Source: Spirochaetales bacterium (GTDB lineage: Bacteria > Spirochaetota > Spirochaetia > SZUA-6 > RPPD01). From it: 64,000 nt of DNA. Below the pieces are notes generated by a model that saw nothing but the letters and a program-made list of their open reading frames with translations, was not told the DNA's origin and did no database searches. The stretch spans positions 2,042-66,041 of the forward strand of contig JAFGSW010000086.1 of assembly GCA_016934415.1 (NCBI GenBank), in the 5' to 3' direction. Numbering within the stretch: position 1 is the stretch's first letter; every line of letters begins with the position of its first letter. Position numbers and translations under genes: made by a program. Positions 21,131-31,160 of the stretch are shown in pieces.

Positions 21131-21366
21131 GAAGAAGAAGAAAGGAAGCTCAGGAAACCAGGAAACCAGGAATAGAAGTGAAGAGAGAATGGAATAAAAC
21201 AAGGTGGAGCGTAGAATAATAGAGACATAAAACAGAAAATTTATTACTGGGGGGAGGTGATATGAAAAAAAACACATTCATGTTGTTTGTGTCCGTCTTG
21301 AACACTATAATTAGGTATAAACGAAAACAAGCAGGAAGAAAGAAGATGTGTTTTTCCTGACTACTT
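21131..21366. repeat. Probable degenerate MITE-like copy E4
   Basis: Left gaagaagaagAAAGGAAGCTCAGGAAACCAGGAAACCAGG. AT-rich body. Right end tttttcctgactacttg (revcomp caagtagtCAGGAAAAA) matches only weakly. Confidence 0.35.
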
Positions 21367-21530
21367 GTTTTGCATTCGAAGCTTGCTCCGGGCGTATTGT
21401 GCAACGTAGAATCCAGCACGCCGAGAGGTGTTCGGAGCCTGCCCTGAGCTGCTTTGGAGCATGTATGCTCCAAAGCAAGCCGAAGGGTGACCTTCGTGTC
21501 CTCTTTTGAAGGTCCATAAAGGAGAGTTCA

Positions 21531-21896
21531 ATGGTCGAGAGAAGAAAACACCGCCGTTTGTCCTGCCACATGAAAACCGTCGTCACACGAACACTCCCGG
21601 ACGGGAAAACGGTCGTCATGGAATTTTCACTCAGCAGTCTCTCCGCGGGCGGGGCCTTCATTTCCTCCGAAGACCTTACGATATTCGACCTGGACGAGGA
21701 AGTCTCGATTGTCGTCGAGGACGCCGAGGACCGGTTTTACGACGGCCGGGCCCGGGTGGTCCGATCGAGCCGCGTGTTCAATCCCGAGCACAAACTCACG
21801 CAAAGCGGGTTCGGCCTCATGTTCATCGACGCGCCGCCCGAGTACCTCGACCTCATCGACCGACATGTGGAAAAGTACAACCCCATCATTCTCTGA
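21531..21896 (+). CDS. PilZ-domain c-di-GMP-binding protein
   Basis: RRKHRR (RxxxR) followed by the DxSxxG-like segment SLSAGGAFI. AAGGAGAG RBS. Confidence 0.8.
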   Translation: MVERRKHRRLSCHMKTVVTRTLPDGKTVVMEFSLSSLSAGGAFISSEDLTIFDLDEEVSIVVEDAEDRFYDGRARVVRSSRVFNPEHKLTQSGFGLMFIDAPPEYLDLIDRHVEKYNPIIL

Positions 21897-21907
21897 CCCC
21901 GTGAAGC

Positions 21908-23443
21908 CTATTTGTCCGTCCGGAAGGGACGCGCCGGCAAGCCTTCTTCATTGTAGAGATTCGGCGCGGGGGTGTCGTCCGCGGCGGCGGCCTTTGTGGT
22001 CCAGGCGTAGCGGACAGCGGCCGGTTTTTCCACATCGTCACTCGTCACCACGACCGTGGCGCCCCGAATGACGGCTTTGGCCGGATGGAATTCCCGGTCC
22101 TCGCCCGCGATCGTGAACCAGGAGAGCTCCTGGCCGTCGGGCACCGTCAATCCCTTCGCCGCGAAATCGAACGACAGAATGGCCTCGTTCTTCGCCACCT
22201 TCAGGCTTTTATAGACCGGCCCGGAATAGGCGACTCTCTTCTTATACGTTTTGGCGAGGGCGATCAGCTCGAGCCGCTCTCCCACTTCTCTTTTCCTCTT
22301 GGGGTGGATGTCCTTGAGGTCGCCCAGATCGGCGGTGACGGCCAGCCCGGTGCCCGGCACATCAAGGCAGGAGTACTGCTGCTCCCAAAAGCGGGGCAAG
22401 GTCGTATCGCCGCCGTAGCCATAAGGCGGTATCTGCACATAATAGAACGCCAGATCGTTTTGGCCGAAGGCCCGGCGCCAGCTTGAGATGAGGGCCTTCT
22501 GTTTTTTGGCGTAATCGGTCTGGCCCATGTTGGACTCCCCCTGGTACCAGAGGAACCCGCGGACGGCGAACGGGGCAAGGGGATAAATCATGGCGTTATA
22601 TGCCGTGGTTACGTCCAAGTGGTTTGCACTGCCCACGCCTTGGAGGGGGTGTCTGGCCTCGGGATCGGTTTGAAGCGCCTCGGCGTACCTGGCGTTCGCC
22701 TTGATCACCCGCTGGTAATAGAAATTGAGGGCGATGTTTTCCTTCAGACCCTCGAGGGGAATGAACGGTTCGATGCCCGCGCCGCCATAGGCGGCCTGGA
22801 TGACGCCCACCGGGACATTGAGGTCGTGACTGAGCTTTTTCGCGAAATAATACCCGACGGCCGAAAAACCGCTCCACCCGCCCGTGGTAAGTCCTTCCTC
22901 ATTGCAAAGCCGCCACGGGCCGCCGGGCGTCTTGTTGTGCCGGAAGGGCGAGGTCTTTTCGTTAACCAGGAAAAGACGAATAAGAGGGTTTTCGGGCAGG
23001 TTGAGCTCGCCTTGCCCCCCCAGGGAGTTTTTTACGCTCAAGGCCATGTTGGACTGACCCGAGCAGAGCCAGACTTCTCCGATGAGCACATTGGAGATGG
23101 TGACCTTGGCGCTATCGTGGTCGGAGGGAACGTAGTCGATGACCAGCGCGTGCGGCTCGGCGGAGGCCTTGAGCGGATCGAGGACGACTTTCCAGTTGCC
23201 TTCCGTGTCGACCTTCGCGCGCTTGGTTCGCCCGGCGAACGTCACCGTCACGATGCGGTCCGCCTGGGCAGTGCCCCAGACCGGCACTTTTTTCTCCCGC
23301 TGCAGGACCATGTTGTCGGTGAAAATGCCGGCGGGCGCGATCGCGGCCGCGCCCGAGTTCTGGGCGGAAAGCGGAGACAGGACGGCGACCAAGAACAACG
23401 CCGGGATAAGCCGAATCAAAATCGATCTGAAAATAATGCGCAT
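21908..23443 (-). CDS. Secreted sialate O-acetylesterase-like carbohydrate esterase (SASA/DUF303 family)
   Basis: Signal peptide, then CSGQSNM (GDS-like catalytic serine motif) and a second QGESNM block. Confidence 0.8.
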   Translation of the reverse strand: MRIIFRSILIRLIPALFLVAVLSPLSAQNSGAAAIAPAGIFTDNMVLQREKKVPVWGTAQADRIVTVTFAGRTKRAKVDTEGNWKVVLDPLKASAEPHALVIDYVPSDHDSAKVTISNVLIGEVWLCSGQSNMALSVKNSLGGQGELNLPENPLIRLFLVNEKTSPFRHNKTPGGPWRLCNEEGLTTGGWSGFSAVGYYFAKKLSHDLNVPVGVIQAAYGGAGIEPFIPLEGLKENIALNFYYQRVIKANARYAEALQTDPEARHPLQGVGSANHLDVTTAYNAMIYPLAPFAVRGFLWYQGESNMGQTDYAKKQKALISSWRRAFGQNDLAFYYVQIPPYGYGGDTTLPRFWEQQYSCLDVPGTGLAVTADLGDLKDIHPKRKREVGERLELIALAKTYKKRVAYSGPVYKSLKVAKNEAILSFDFAAKGLTVPDGQELSWFTIAGEDREFHPAKAVIRGATVVVTSDDVEKPAAVRYAWTTKAAAADDTPAPNLYNEEGLPARPFRTDK

Positions 23444-23501
23444 CGGAGTAGCCCCCTTCGTGACAAGTGTATGAGTATCGTATACTTTTCCTGAGATAGG
23501 G

Positions 23502-25160
23502 TTAATACGAGAACGCGCTCTGCCCGATGAACTCGCGGAGGATCGACTTGTCCGGGATGAAGGTGGACGGGAACGAGATGACGTTGTTGAGAAAGGCGAG
23601 GAGGCGGCGCGACTCGGAGTACTCCTCGACGTCGGGTTTGATGGTTTTGAGGAGTCGCTCGACGTAGACTTTCAGCACGGCGAGCTCGTAGTCGAGGCTT
23701 GAGTTGAAGGCGGTGTCGGCGTTGTTCTGGAAGGGGAAGATGTTGCGGTCTTCGCCCCGGCGCACCGAGGGCCACATGCGCAGGGTATCGAGCGCCCGGT
23801 AGCCGCGGAAACTGTAGTCGCGCACCAACCGTCGGATGAGGCGTACGTCGGTGGTGGGGATGCGGTTATGATCGTCCAGGTTAAGCTGGGTGAGCGCCGA
23901 AACGTAGATCTTGTATTTCCGGTCGGCGGGAATCCCCGAGGTCAGCTCGTCGTTCAGACCGTGAATGCCCTCGAGAATGAAGAGCGAGTGGGGCGTCGGC
24001 CGGACCTCGACCCCCCCGGGTTTGGGCGCGCCTGTCACGAAATCGTAGATCGGGGTGACCGTCGCCTTGCCCGCGAGGAGCCGGGCCAGGTTGCGGTTGA
24101 GCCGCTCCAGGTTGAGCGCGCGCAAGCTCTCGAAGTCGGGCTTGCCTTCCTCGTCCAGGGGTGTCGCGGAGCGAGGCAGATAGTAATTGTCGAGCGAGAG
24201 GGCGACCGGGTCCAGGCCGAGGACCTTGAGCTGGATGGCGAGCTTTTTGGAGAAGGTGGTCTTGCCGGACGAGGATGGTCCGGCGATGAGCACGGCGCCG
24301 GCGCGGTCGAAGCGCTTGCGGATGCGATCGGCGATCTCGGCGATTTTCTTGTCGTGGAGCGCCTCGGCGACGTCGATGAATTCCCTGATCTGGCCCGTCT
24401 CGATCTGGCGGTTCAACCGGCCGATGCAGTTGATGTTGAGAATCTTCCCCCAGCTCTTGTACTCGCGGTAGACGCCGAAGAGGATCGGGTTGTCCTCGAA
24501 CACGGCGAGCCCCTCCGGCGCGGCGAGGGGCGGGTAGCGGAGGATGAAGCCGGGCGGGTAGGGCTTGAGGCCGAACGAGGTGAGCGCGCCAGTGCAGGGG
24601 ACGAGGGGGGCGTGAAAAATGTCGATGAACCCGTCGCAGACATTCACCGCGATCTTGGCTTCATTGCGGTACTGGAGGAGGAGGACGGTGTCGGGTTGGT
24701 TCGCTTCCTTAAAGTGGCGGACGGCGTCGTCGTAGGAGAGGTTGATCCGCTCGATGGGAAGGTCGGCGGCCACGAGTTCGACCATGGCCCGGGCGAGCTT
24801 CTTGAGGTCCTCCTCCGGCACTCCCGCCATGCCGTCGTATTCGTAGAAATACCCCTTGCCGAGGGAGTGGCCGATGACGAGGCGGCGCTCGCGAAACACG
24901 CGCCGCGAGGCGCAGGCGAGGAGGTAGCAGAGCGACCGGCGGTAGAGATTCATGCCTTCCCGCGACTGCAGGGTAATCGGCGCGACCCGGCTCGTGATGT
25001 CCACCTTGTAAGAGCGGCTCGTGATCTCGTTGTTGACGACCGCGGCGATGGGCGGAGGGGAGGTGAAGGCGTCCGGCCGGCTTTTAAAAATCTCGTCGAC
25101 CGTTGTCCAGCGGGGAAACTGCCGCGTCGCCCCGTCGGGAAAAGTGACGGTGATGTCCAT
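23502..25160 (-). CDS. TGS-domain plus uridine kinase/PRK-family nucleoside kinase fusion
   Basis: Real start MDITVTFPDGATRQFP (TGS-like fold). Central GPSSSGKTTFSKKLA P-loop and LSLDNYY of the Udk/PRK family. The ORF-track start at 25328 is an upstream extension. Confidence 0.75.
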   Translation of the reverse strand: MDITVTFPDGATRQFPRWTTVDEIFKSRPDAFTSPPPIAAVVNNEITSRSYKVDITSRVAPITLQSREGMNLYRRSLCYLLACASRRVFRERRLVIGHSLGKGYFYEYDGMAGVPEEDLKKLARAMVELVAADLPIERINLSYDDAVRHFKEANQPDTVLLLQYRNEAKIAVNVCDGFIDIFHAPLVPCTGALTSFGLKPYPPGFILRYPPLAAPEGLAVFEDNPILFGVYREYKSWGKILNINCIGRLNRQIETGQIREFIDVAEALHDKKIAEIADRIRKRFDRAGAVLIAGPSSSGKTTFSKKLAIQLKVLGLDPVALSLDNYYLPRSATPLDEEGKPDFESLRALNLERLNRNLARLLAGKATVTPIYDFVTGAPKPGGVEVRPTPHSLFILEGIHGLNDELTSGIPADRKYKIYVSALTQLNLDDHNRIPTTDVRLIRRLVRDYSFRGYRALDTLRMWPSVRRGEDRNIFPFQNNADTAFNSSLDYELAVLKVYVERLLKTIKPDVEEYSESRRLLAFLNNVISFPSTFIPDKSILREFIGQSAFSY

Positions 25161-25502
25161 ACCCGTTTTCAGTCTAAGCGATGCCCCGCGGTTATGCAAG
25201 GGCGGCGATGGAAGAAGACGATGGATGGCGGAAGAAGGCGCCGCCCGATCGGACGATTGATTTATTTGAAATGCGTCGGTACTCGGCTTATGATTTATTT
25301 CAATGCGGAAACATCGTCCGGGATACAATGACCTGGACGCCCGGCGCTTCTCCTCCCGGGCGGGCGGGACGGGGCGCGGACGAAGAAGCTTCCTGAAGAC
25401 CGGGGTAGCGCGATCAATCCGGCTGTCCGAGGACGGATGAAACAGGAATCACGGTGTTAAGAGCGGTCGGCCCAGGAGAACTCATAGGGAGATTGGATCA
25501 CA

Positions 25503-27884
25503 ATGCCGGTCATTACATTTCTTGTCAGCGTATTTTTCACCTTCACCCTTTTCCTAGCCGGGTACATTTATTTCAAAAATCCCCGAGGAAAAGCCAACCG
25601 CCTTTTCGTCCTTTTCTCCCTACCCACCGCCGTCTGGCGCCTGGGATTCATTTTTATGACAAACGCGGCGGACGAAACCGTTGCCCGCGGCTGGTTTCGC
25701 TTCATGGTCTCCGGCTGGTACCTGTTCGTGCCTTTGCTGCTGCATTTGATCCTTATCCTTGCCGGTTACAATCCGGCCGGAAGGCGCCGGTGGCTCCTGC
25801 TTTTGATGTACCTTCCGGCTCTTCCCTTCACCTGCGCGTACACGACGGCGCTGACGCCCATCAGCGGTTTCGAACGCACGAATCTCGGTTGGGTGTACGT
25901 TTATAATCCGGATTCCCTTTGGCTGGACATCGGAGCGGCCTTTGTCATGATCTACGTTCTCACCGGTCTGGCCCAACTCGTTCGATCATATTTGCGTACC
26001 CCCAGGCTGATCCAGAAGCGACAAAGCCGGGTGCTCATCATCACGATGTTTTTCAGTTTCTTGATGAACATGTTCACGACCTTCGCGCCGTTATTCGGGC
26101 GGATATACTTTCTCCCCCATCTTGAAATTACAATCTCTGCGATCTGGGAGCTCGGCGTATCGTACGCCATCCTCCGATACGGCTTGATGCTCGTCTCGCC
26201 CGCATCGGCCGCGTCGAGCATCTTGAGCACCATGGCCGACGGCCTGCTTCTGACGGACGTCGACGGGAAAATCATCGGAGGGAACCGGGCTCTTTCGGAA
26301 ATTTTGGAGATCGAGGAAAAGGCCGTCGTCGGGAGGCCGGTGCGGGAATTGTTGCCGGCGACCTCCGCCGAGCATGATCTATTGAAAAGGCTGTCGAAGG
26401 AAACCGCGGTCCGCGACATGGAAACGGTCTTTGCGGCTTCCGGAGGACGCGAAATCAGCCTTTCCCTGGCGGCTTCGCCGGTGACGGACAAGATCGGCCA
26501 AAAGGCAGGCTACGTCGTCCTGTTGCGGGATATATCTGAGAGAAAGCGCACGGAAAAACAGCTTCAGCACCTGGCCACGCACGATATGCTCACCAACCTG
26601 CCCAACCGCACGGTTTTGAACGACCGCCTGCGCAATGCCCTGGCCCGGGCCAAACGGCACGGCCAGCAGGTGGGAATAATGCTGGTGGACGTCGATCATT
26701 TCAAGGAGGTCAACGACTTGTTCGGACACGATTGCGGCGATATGTTCCTCAGGGGAATCGCCGATCGGTTGCTTTCCGGCGTCCGCGATTACGACACCGT
26801 CGCCCGCATGGGGGGCGACGAATTCGCCGTCGTTCTTCCCGATCTCCCGGGGTCGGACGATTGTCTGACCGTCATCAAACGGATCCGTGAGTCGCTTTCC
26901 CGGCCGCTCACGGTCGGAAAGCGCCAGATCACGGCCGGTGTGAGCATGGGCGTAAGCTTTTACCCGCTTCACGCCGAGAACGTCGAGGATCTCTTCAAAT
27001 ACGCGGATTTGGCGCTTTACCGCGTGAAAGCCTCAGGACGCGGCAATTACCTTTTTTACTCGCCCGAAATCGACGCCGCCGCCCGCAAGCACATCAAGCT
27101 GGAACAGGAGTTACTCGAAGCTATCGGTGGGAATCAGTTCGAGCTTCATTACCAGCCTATATACGACACCGATACGAGAAAATTGATGTCCCTGGAAGCT
27201 CTCATCCGCTGGAACCATCCGGAGTTCGGACTCATAAGCCCAATGAGTTTCATTCCCCTCGCGGAAAGATCCGGGGCGATCATCCCGTTGGGGAATTGGG
27301 TGCTTGAAAGCATCTGCCGCCAGCAAAAGATTTGGGAGGGCCGGGGATTCTCCCCGGTCCCCGTCACCGTCAATATTTCGGCCCGGCAATTCCAGGACCA
27401 AACGCTCCTCGAAAAAATTATCGGGCTCCTGCGCGATCACCGGCTCGAACCGCGCCTTTTGGAATTGGAATTGACCGAGAGCACCGCGATGATCGAGATT
27501 GAAAGGACCATAAATACCGTGCGGCGCCTGAAAGAGATAGGCATCGCGATCATCATCGACGATTTCGGTTCCGGGTATTCGTCGATGGCTTGGCTGAAGC
27601 AACTAAGCGTTCGAGCGATTAAAATCGACCGATTTTTCATCCAAAATATAGCCCACGATCCGCATGACGCGGCTATAGTAAAGGCGATCGTCTCCATGGC
27701 CCACAGCATGGGCATCCGGGTCGTGGCCGAAGGCGTCGAGACCGAGGAGCAGCTCGCGAGCCTGCGCTCCATGCGTTGGGAAGTCAGCACGGAACTGATG
27801 TGCGATTCGGTTCAGGGTTATTTGTTCAGCAAGCCGCTTACCTCCGCCGATGTCGCCGGCCTGCTCGAGCGGGAGGCCCGTTGA
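25503..27884 (+). CDS. Membrane-anchored PAS-GGDEF-EAL protein (diguanylate cyclase/phosphodiesterase)
   Basis: N-terminal multi-TM sensor, PAS, RMGGDEFAV (GGDEF), SLEALIRW...ELELTES (EAL). Confidence 0.9.
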   Translation: MPVITFLVSVFFTFTLFLAGYIYFKNPRGKANRLFVLFSLPTAVWRLGFIFMTNAADETVARGWFRFMVSGWYLFVPLLLHLILILAGYNPAGRRRWLLLLMYLPALPFTCAYTTALTPISGFERTNLGWVYVYNPDSLWLDIGAAFVMIYVLTGLAQLVRSYLRTPRLIQKRQSRVLIITMFFSFLMNMFTTFAPLFGRIYFLPHLEITISAIWELGVSYAILRYGLMLVSPASAASSILSTMADGLLLTDVDGKIIGGNRALSEILEIEEKAVVGRPVRELLPATSAEHDLLKRLSKETAVRDMETVFAASGGREISLSLAASPVTDKIGQKAGYVVLLRDISERKRTEKQLQHLATHDMLTNLPNRTVLNDRLRNALARAKRHGQQVGIMLVDVDHFKEVNDLFGHDCGDMFLRGIADRLLSGVRDYDTVARMGGDEFAVVLPDLPGSDDCLTVIKRIRESLSRPLTVGKRQITAGVSMGVSFYPLHAENVEDLFKYADLALYRVKASGRGNYLFYSPEIDAAARKHIKLEQELLEAIGGNQFELHYQPIYDTDTRKLMSLEALIRWNHPEFGLISPMSFIPLAERSGAIIPLGNWVLESICRQQKIWEGRGFSPVPVTVNISARQFQDQTLLEKIIGLLRDHRLEPRLLELELTESTAMIEIERTINTVRRLKEIGIAIIIDDFGSGYSSMAWLKQLSVRAIKIDRFFIQNIAHDPHDAAIVKAIVSMAHSMGIRVVAEGVETEEQLASLRSMRWEVSTELMCDSVQGYLFSKPLTSADVAGLLEREAR

Positions 27885-28037
27885 AACGCTCCCGCATCAA
27901 CTGCGCGACGACGAGGTCGCGCGGGCGGTCGCCGGATGCGGAATGAGGATGGTTCAGACTGGCTGCGGTTGTTTTCCCACTTGCAGGTGATGTATGCGGG
28001 GAGAGTGCTGTTATGGCAGCGGGGAGGGGACGACGGT

Positions 28038-28706
28038 TTAGTTGGGGAAAATCCGGGGCACGCGCCCGGCGTACTCCCGGTACTCGTTTCCGAAATGTTT
28101 GGCCAGCTCGCGGTCTTCGATGATCGAGAGCACCCAGAGGGAGACGGTGAACATCACCCAATTGGCGAACGTTTCGGTCATGATCCAGGTTTGACCGGCG
28201 CCCGTTCCCCATTGTCCCGCCGGAAACAGCACGGCGGAGAAGAACGTGACGCCGACGGCCGAGAGGAATTGCGGATGGCGGACGATGGCGTACGGCCCGC
28301 GCGTGAAAAGCCGGTCGTCCGTCCGGCGGAACAGAAAAGACCGCCGGACGCCGAGAGCCTTGACGGCCCAGATGCCGAAAGCGAAGGAGGCGAGTATGCC
28401 GAGCAGGGTGAGTAGGTTGATCCAGAACATGATTTGCGGGCCCGAGTGAGCGTCCCAGCCGAAATAAAAAAGGAGCGTTTCCGCGTTCAGGTCCGGTACG
28501 CCGAACGCCGGTTGGACCGCGTCGACCGCCAGCCACCCGAAAAAAATGAGAAGCACGCCGACCGGCCGTATAGCGGAGGAGAAAAGGTAATACCAGATCT
28601 TGCCCCGTCCAGCCAGCTGATGGGTGAAGCGCGTCAGTCCCAAACATATAACGCCCGCCAGCCAGATGAGCGGGGCGTACGGGTGAACGGGCGCGAGCCA
28701 TGGCAT
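28038..28706 (-). CDS. Isoprenylcysteine carboxyl methyltransferase (ICMT/PEMT) family membrane protein
   Basis: RGPYAIVRHPQF ... EDRELAKHFGNEYREYAGRVPR C-terminal signature. Multiple TM helices. Confidence 0.8.
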   Translation of the reverse strand: MPWLAPVHPYAPLIWLAGVICLGLTRFTHQLAGRGKIWYYLFSSAIRPVGVLLIFFGWLAVDAVQPAFGVPDLNAETLLFYFGWDAHSGPQIMFWINLLTLLGILASFAFGIWAVKALGVRRSFLFRRTDDRLFTRGPYAIVRHPQFLSAVGVTFFSAVLFPAGQWGTGAGQTWIMTETFANWVMFTVSLWVLSIIEDRELAKHFGNEYREYAGRVPRIFPN

Positions 28707-28830
28707 GTAAACGGGGATAAGCGGTAAAATACGATTCTCCTCTCTTCCGTGACGCCGCCAGTATATGCAAGGAACGGTCTTTTTTCAAGCCCGCGCCTGG
28801 CGCTTGCGCCGCGACTTGCCTTCAATTATC

Positions 28831-29751
28831 ATGACCATGATGCACGGGACCACCGGCAAACGGAAACGACGCGCGAAGCGCGCAGCCCTGCCCTTATATC
28901 TCCTCCTGGCCTCGGCGGCGGTCTGCGCTCCCGGCGACAAGCGGGAACCGGCCGAGCCCCCTCCCGCTGCCGCCTGCCTGGGGACGGCGGTGCTCGAGCG
29001 GGTTGACGATCTCCTCGCCGGGAAAACCTTCGAATTGCACTATCTCATAATCCGCGGGGAACGGGTGCTCTCCGTCTGGCTGGTCGTACCGGAGCTCGAC
29101 GATGTCGCCGCGGGCCCCGCTTTCGAAAATGCGCGGCGTTTGTCACTGCTCACCGGCGCTCGGCTCGGTCACCGGCTGGTCGCGGAGATTCCCTGCGTGC
29201 GGATCTTGTTCGACGCCTTCAATCCGATGATCGTCGACTCCCGCTTCAATTGCTGGTATCGTGACATCGTCCCGCTCGCGAATCTGCTGCCCGACCGGCG
29301 GCCAGCGGATGAGGAGCTTATCCGCTCGGTCCTGGCGCGCGACTTGAAGTACTCCTACCGGCGCAGCCTGCCGCCGCGCGCCGACCGGATCGATGCCGTC
29401 TCCTCGCTCGACGAGTGGCGTTCGCTGCGCCGGGCCCTCCGGCCGATCATCAGCCCCGGCGCGGGGCGCCGCAACGCCGCCGCGTATCCTATGTTCGTGA
29501 ACGACTACTGCATCGTGCAGGCGACCTGGCCGGCCGAATCTTCCGCCGATATCGAGGACGAGGCCGTCTCGGGGCGGATGCTCGCCGCGGCCCGCCTGAT
29601 GGGCCGGATCGGCCTTCGGACCGGACGCCTGGATATGACGATTACCGACAGGTTCGGCCGGCTGCGCGCCTACGGCAAGGTCGACGGCGCCATGCTCGGC
29701 CCGGGCAAGGCTCTTTCCGATGAGAACATCATTTATTACAGATTGCCTTGA
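28831..29751 (+). CDS. Hypothetical secreted protein
   Basis: Start MTMMHGTTGKRKRRAKRAALPLYLLLASAAVCAPG (signal peptide). No recognisable domain. Confidence 0.5.
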   Translation: MTMMHGTTGKRKRRAKRAALPLYLLLASAAVCAPGDKREPAEPPPAAACLGTAVLERVDDLLAGKTFELHYLIIRGERVLSVWLVVPELDDVAAGPAFENARRLSLLTGARLGHRLVAEIPCVRILFDAFNPMIVDSRFNCWYRDIVPLANLLPDRRPADEELIRSVLARDLKYSYRRSLPPRADRIDAVSSLDEWRSLRRALRPIISPGAGRRNAAAYPMFVNDYCIVQATWPAESSADIEDEAVSGRMLAAARLMGRIGLRTGRLDMTITDRFGRLRAYGKVDGAMLGPGKALSDENIIYYRLP

Positions 29752-29775
29752 TGGAGAGTGATACTCCATATCAAA

Positions 29776-29841
29776 TGGTTTTCTATTTCCTAAGTCATCG
29801 GCTTGCGATAGACTGTGAGGGCATAAGGAAACAGAAAACCA
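29776..29841. repeat. 66-bp inverted repeat resembling a miniature copy of the MITE termini
   Basis: ggttttctatttcctaag, 29-nt spacer, cataaggaaacagaaaacc. Shares the ATAAGGAAAC core. Confidence 0.4.
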
Positions 29842-29853
29842 TTAAAATCGATA

Positions 29854-29881
29854 ATGCTGAAAAGTATTTGCTTTTCAGCAT
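29854..29881. repeat. Palindromic hairpin H2 (GAAAAG/CTTTTC-core family)
   Basis: atgctgaaaag-tatttg-cttttcagcat, a perfect 11-bp stem, between convergent genes. Confidence 0.5.
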
Positions 29882-29938
29882 AGTACTCCCCAGATTGTGC
29901 AGGACAAAACACGCCGCCCCCCGCCGGAAGGCCGGCCG

Positions 29939-31093
29939 CTATTTTCCGGTGATCTGGATTTTTTCGCCTTCCTCCAGGACGCGGAAAATGCTCGTGCCCG
30001 CCTGATCCGAAGTTTGGATGAGAACGGGCTCGGCGAGCTGTACGCCGTTTTTGTCCACCAGGATTTTGACGACCGGGCATTTCGGGTTCTGGGGGTTGGT
30101 CTTGACGACCACGCCCTTGGCCTTGTTGGTGAGGAGCACGTAGGTGCCCACCGGGTAGAGCGAAATGGAGAAGATGAGCGCCTTCAGGACGTTCTCGTCG
30201 TACCGGTTCCTGTTGTTCTTGAGGAGGTCGATGATGCCGTGGTGGCCGTCGAGCGAGTCCTTGAACGGCCTCTCGGCGGTGATGCCGTCGAAGGAGCAGG
30301 CCACCGCCACGATGCGCGAGTAGAGCGAGATCTGCTCGCCTTTGAGGGCCCGCGGGTAGCCGGAGCCGTCGAGGCGTTCATGGTGTTCCATCGAGACGAG
30401 GGCGAGAGGCTCGGGGACGGAGAGGGCGCGCAGGCTCTTGTAGCCGGCGATGGTATGGGCCAGTATGTTCTTTTTCTCGGACTGGTCGAGCGGTTTCTCG
30501 CTCATGTACAGGGCCGGCGGCAGGCGGAGCATGCCGATGTCGTGCAGCAGGGCCGCGATCCCGAGCTCAATGAGCCGGTGAGGCGCCAGCTTGAGGATAT
30601 TCCCGATGGCGAGGGAGAGGAGCGCGGTGTTGACGCTGTGGTTGTACAGATAATTTTCGGTGGGAAACTTGAGCTCGGCGAAGCGCAGGATGAAGTCCTT
30701 GTGCTTCTTGACATGTTCAATGGTCGACTTGATCTTATCGGTGAGGAGAGGGACGTCGAGCTCGTTCTTGGACAGGAAATCTGTGAACAGCTCTTTGGTG
30801 AAGGTGAGCAGGTCGAAGTAGAATTTCCCGACCGCTTCCTGATCGTTTTTCTGCCGGATGTTCTCGTCGAGGGTGTATTCGATGGTGGGGGTGTCGTCGG
30901 TTTTAACGAATTCCGACCGGGTGACGGGGTTGCCGCCGGTATAAAGCTTGGTGTAGTTCCACTTTTTCAGCCGCTCGATCAAGCTCTCGTCCACCGCGAC
31001 GTCAGGGCTGAGCACGATGTATTTCTCGTCCAGAAACACGGATTCGGTGAAATTCATGTTGGGCATGAGACTGTCGACCCTGATCGCGTTCAT
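29939..31093 (-). CDS. HD-GYP domain c-di-GMP phosphodiesterase
   Basis: LLHDIGM ... HHERLDGSGYP signature. CAGGAG RBS. Confidence 0.85.
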   Translation of the reverse strand: MNAIRVDSLMPNMNFTESVFLDEKYIVLSPDVAVDESLIERLKKWNYTKLYTGGNPVTRSEFVKTDDTPTIEYTLDENIRQKNDQEAVGKFYFDLLTFTKELFTDFLSKNELDVPLLTDKIKSTIEHVKKHKDFILRFAELKFPTENYLYNHSVNTALLSLAIGNILKLAPHRLIELGIAALLHDIGMLRLPPALYMSEKPLDQSEKKNILAHTIAGYKSLRALSVPEPLALVSMEHHERLDGSGYPRALKGEQISLYSRIVAVACSFDGITAERPFKDSLDGHHGIIDLLKNNRNRYDENVLKALIFSISLYPVGTYVLLTNKAKGVVVKTNPQNPKCPVVKILVDKNGVQLAEPVLIQTSDQAGTSIFRVLEEGEKIQITGK

Positions 31094-31160
31094 CCCGGCA
31101 CTCCTGTTGACCTCACTACTAATATACTATACCATGCAACTTCGTCATAGGGGTCGTCCG

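Noticed and set aside
21112-21530. AT-rich 420-bp spacer with the ORF 21150..21473
   Set aside because: No coding signal. Interpreted as a degenerate MITE-like copy plus the promoter region for the PilZ gene.
27838-28788. 316-aa minus ORF and 27936..28415 + ORF
   Set aside because: Arg/Pro-rich junk frames overlapping the ICMT-family gene at 28038..28706.
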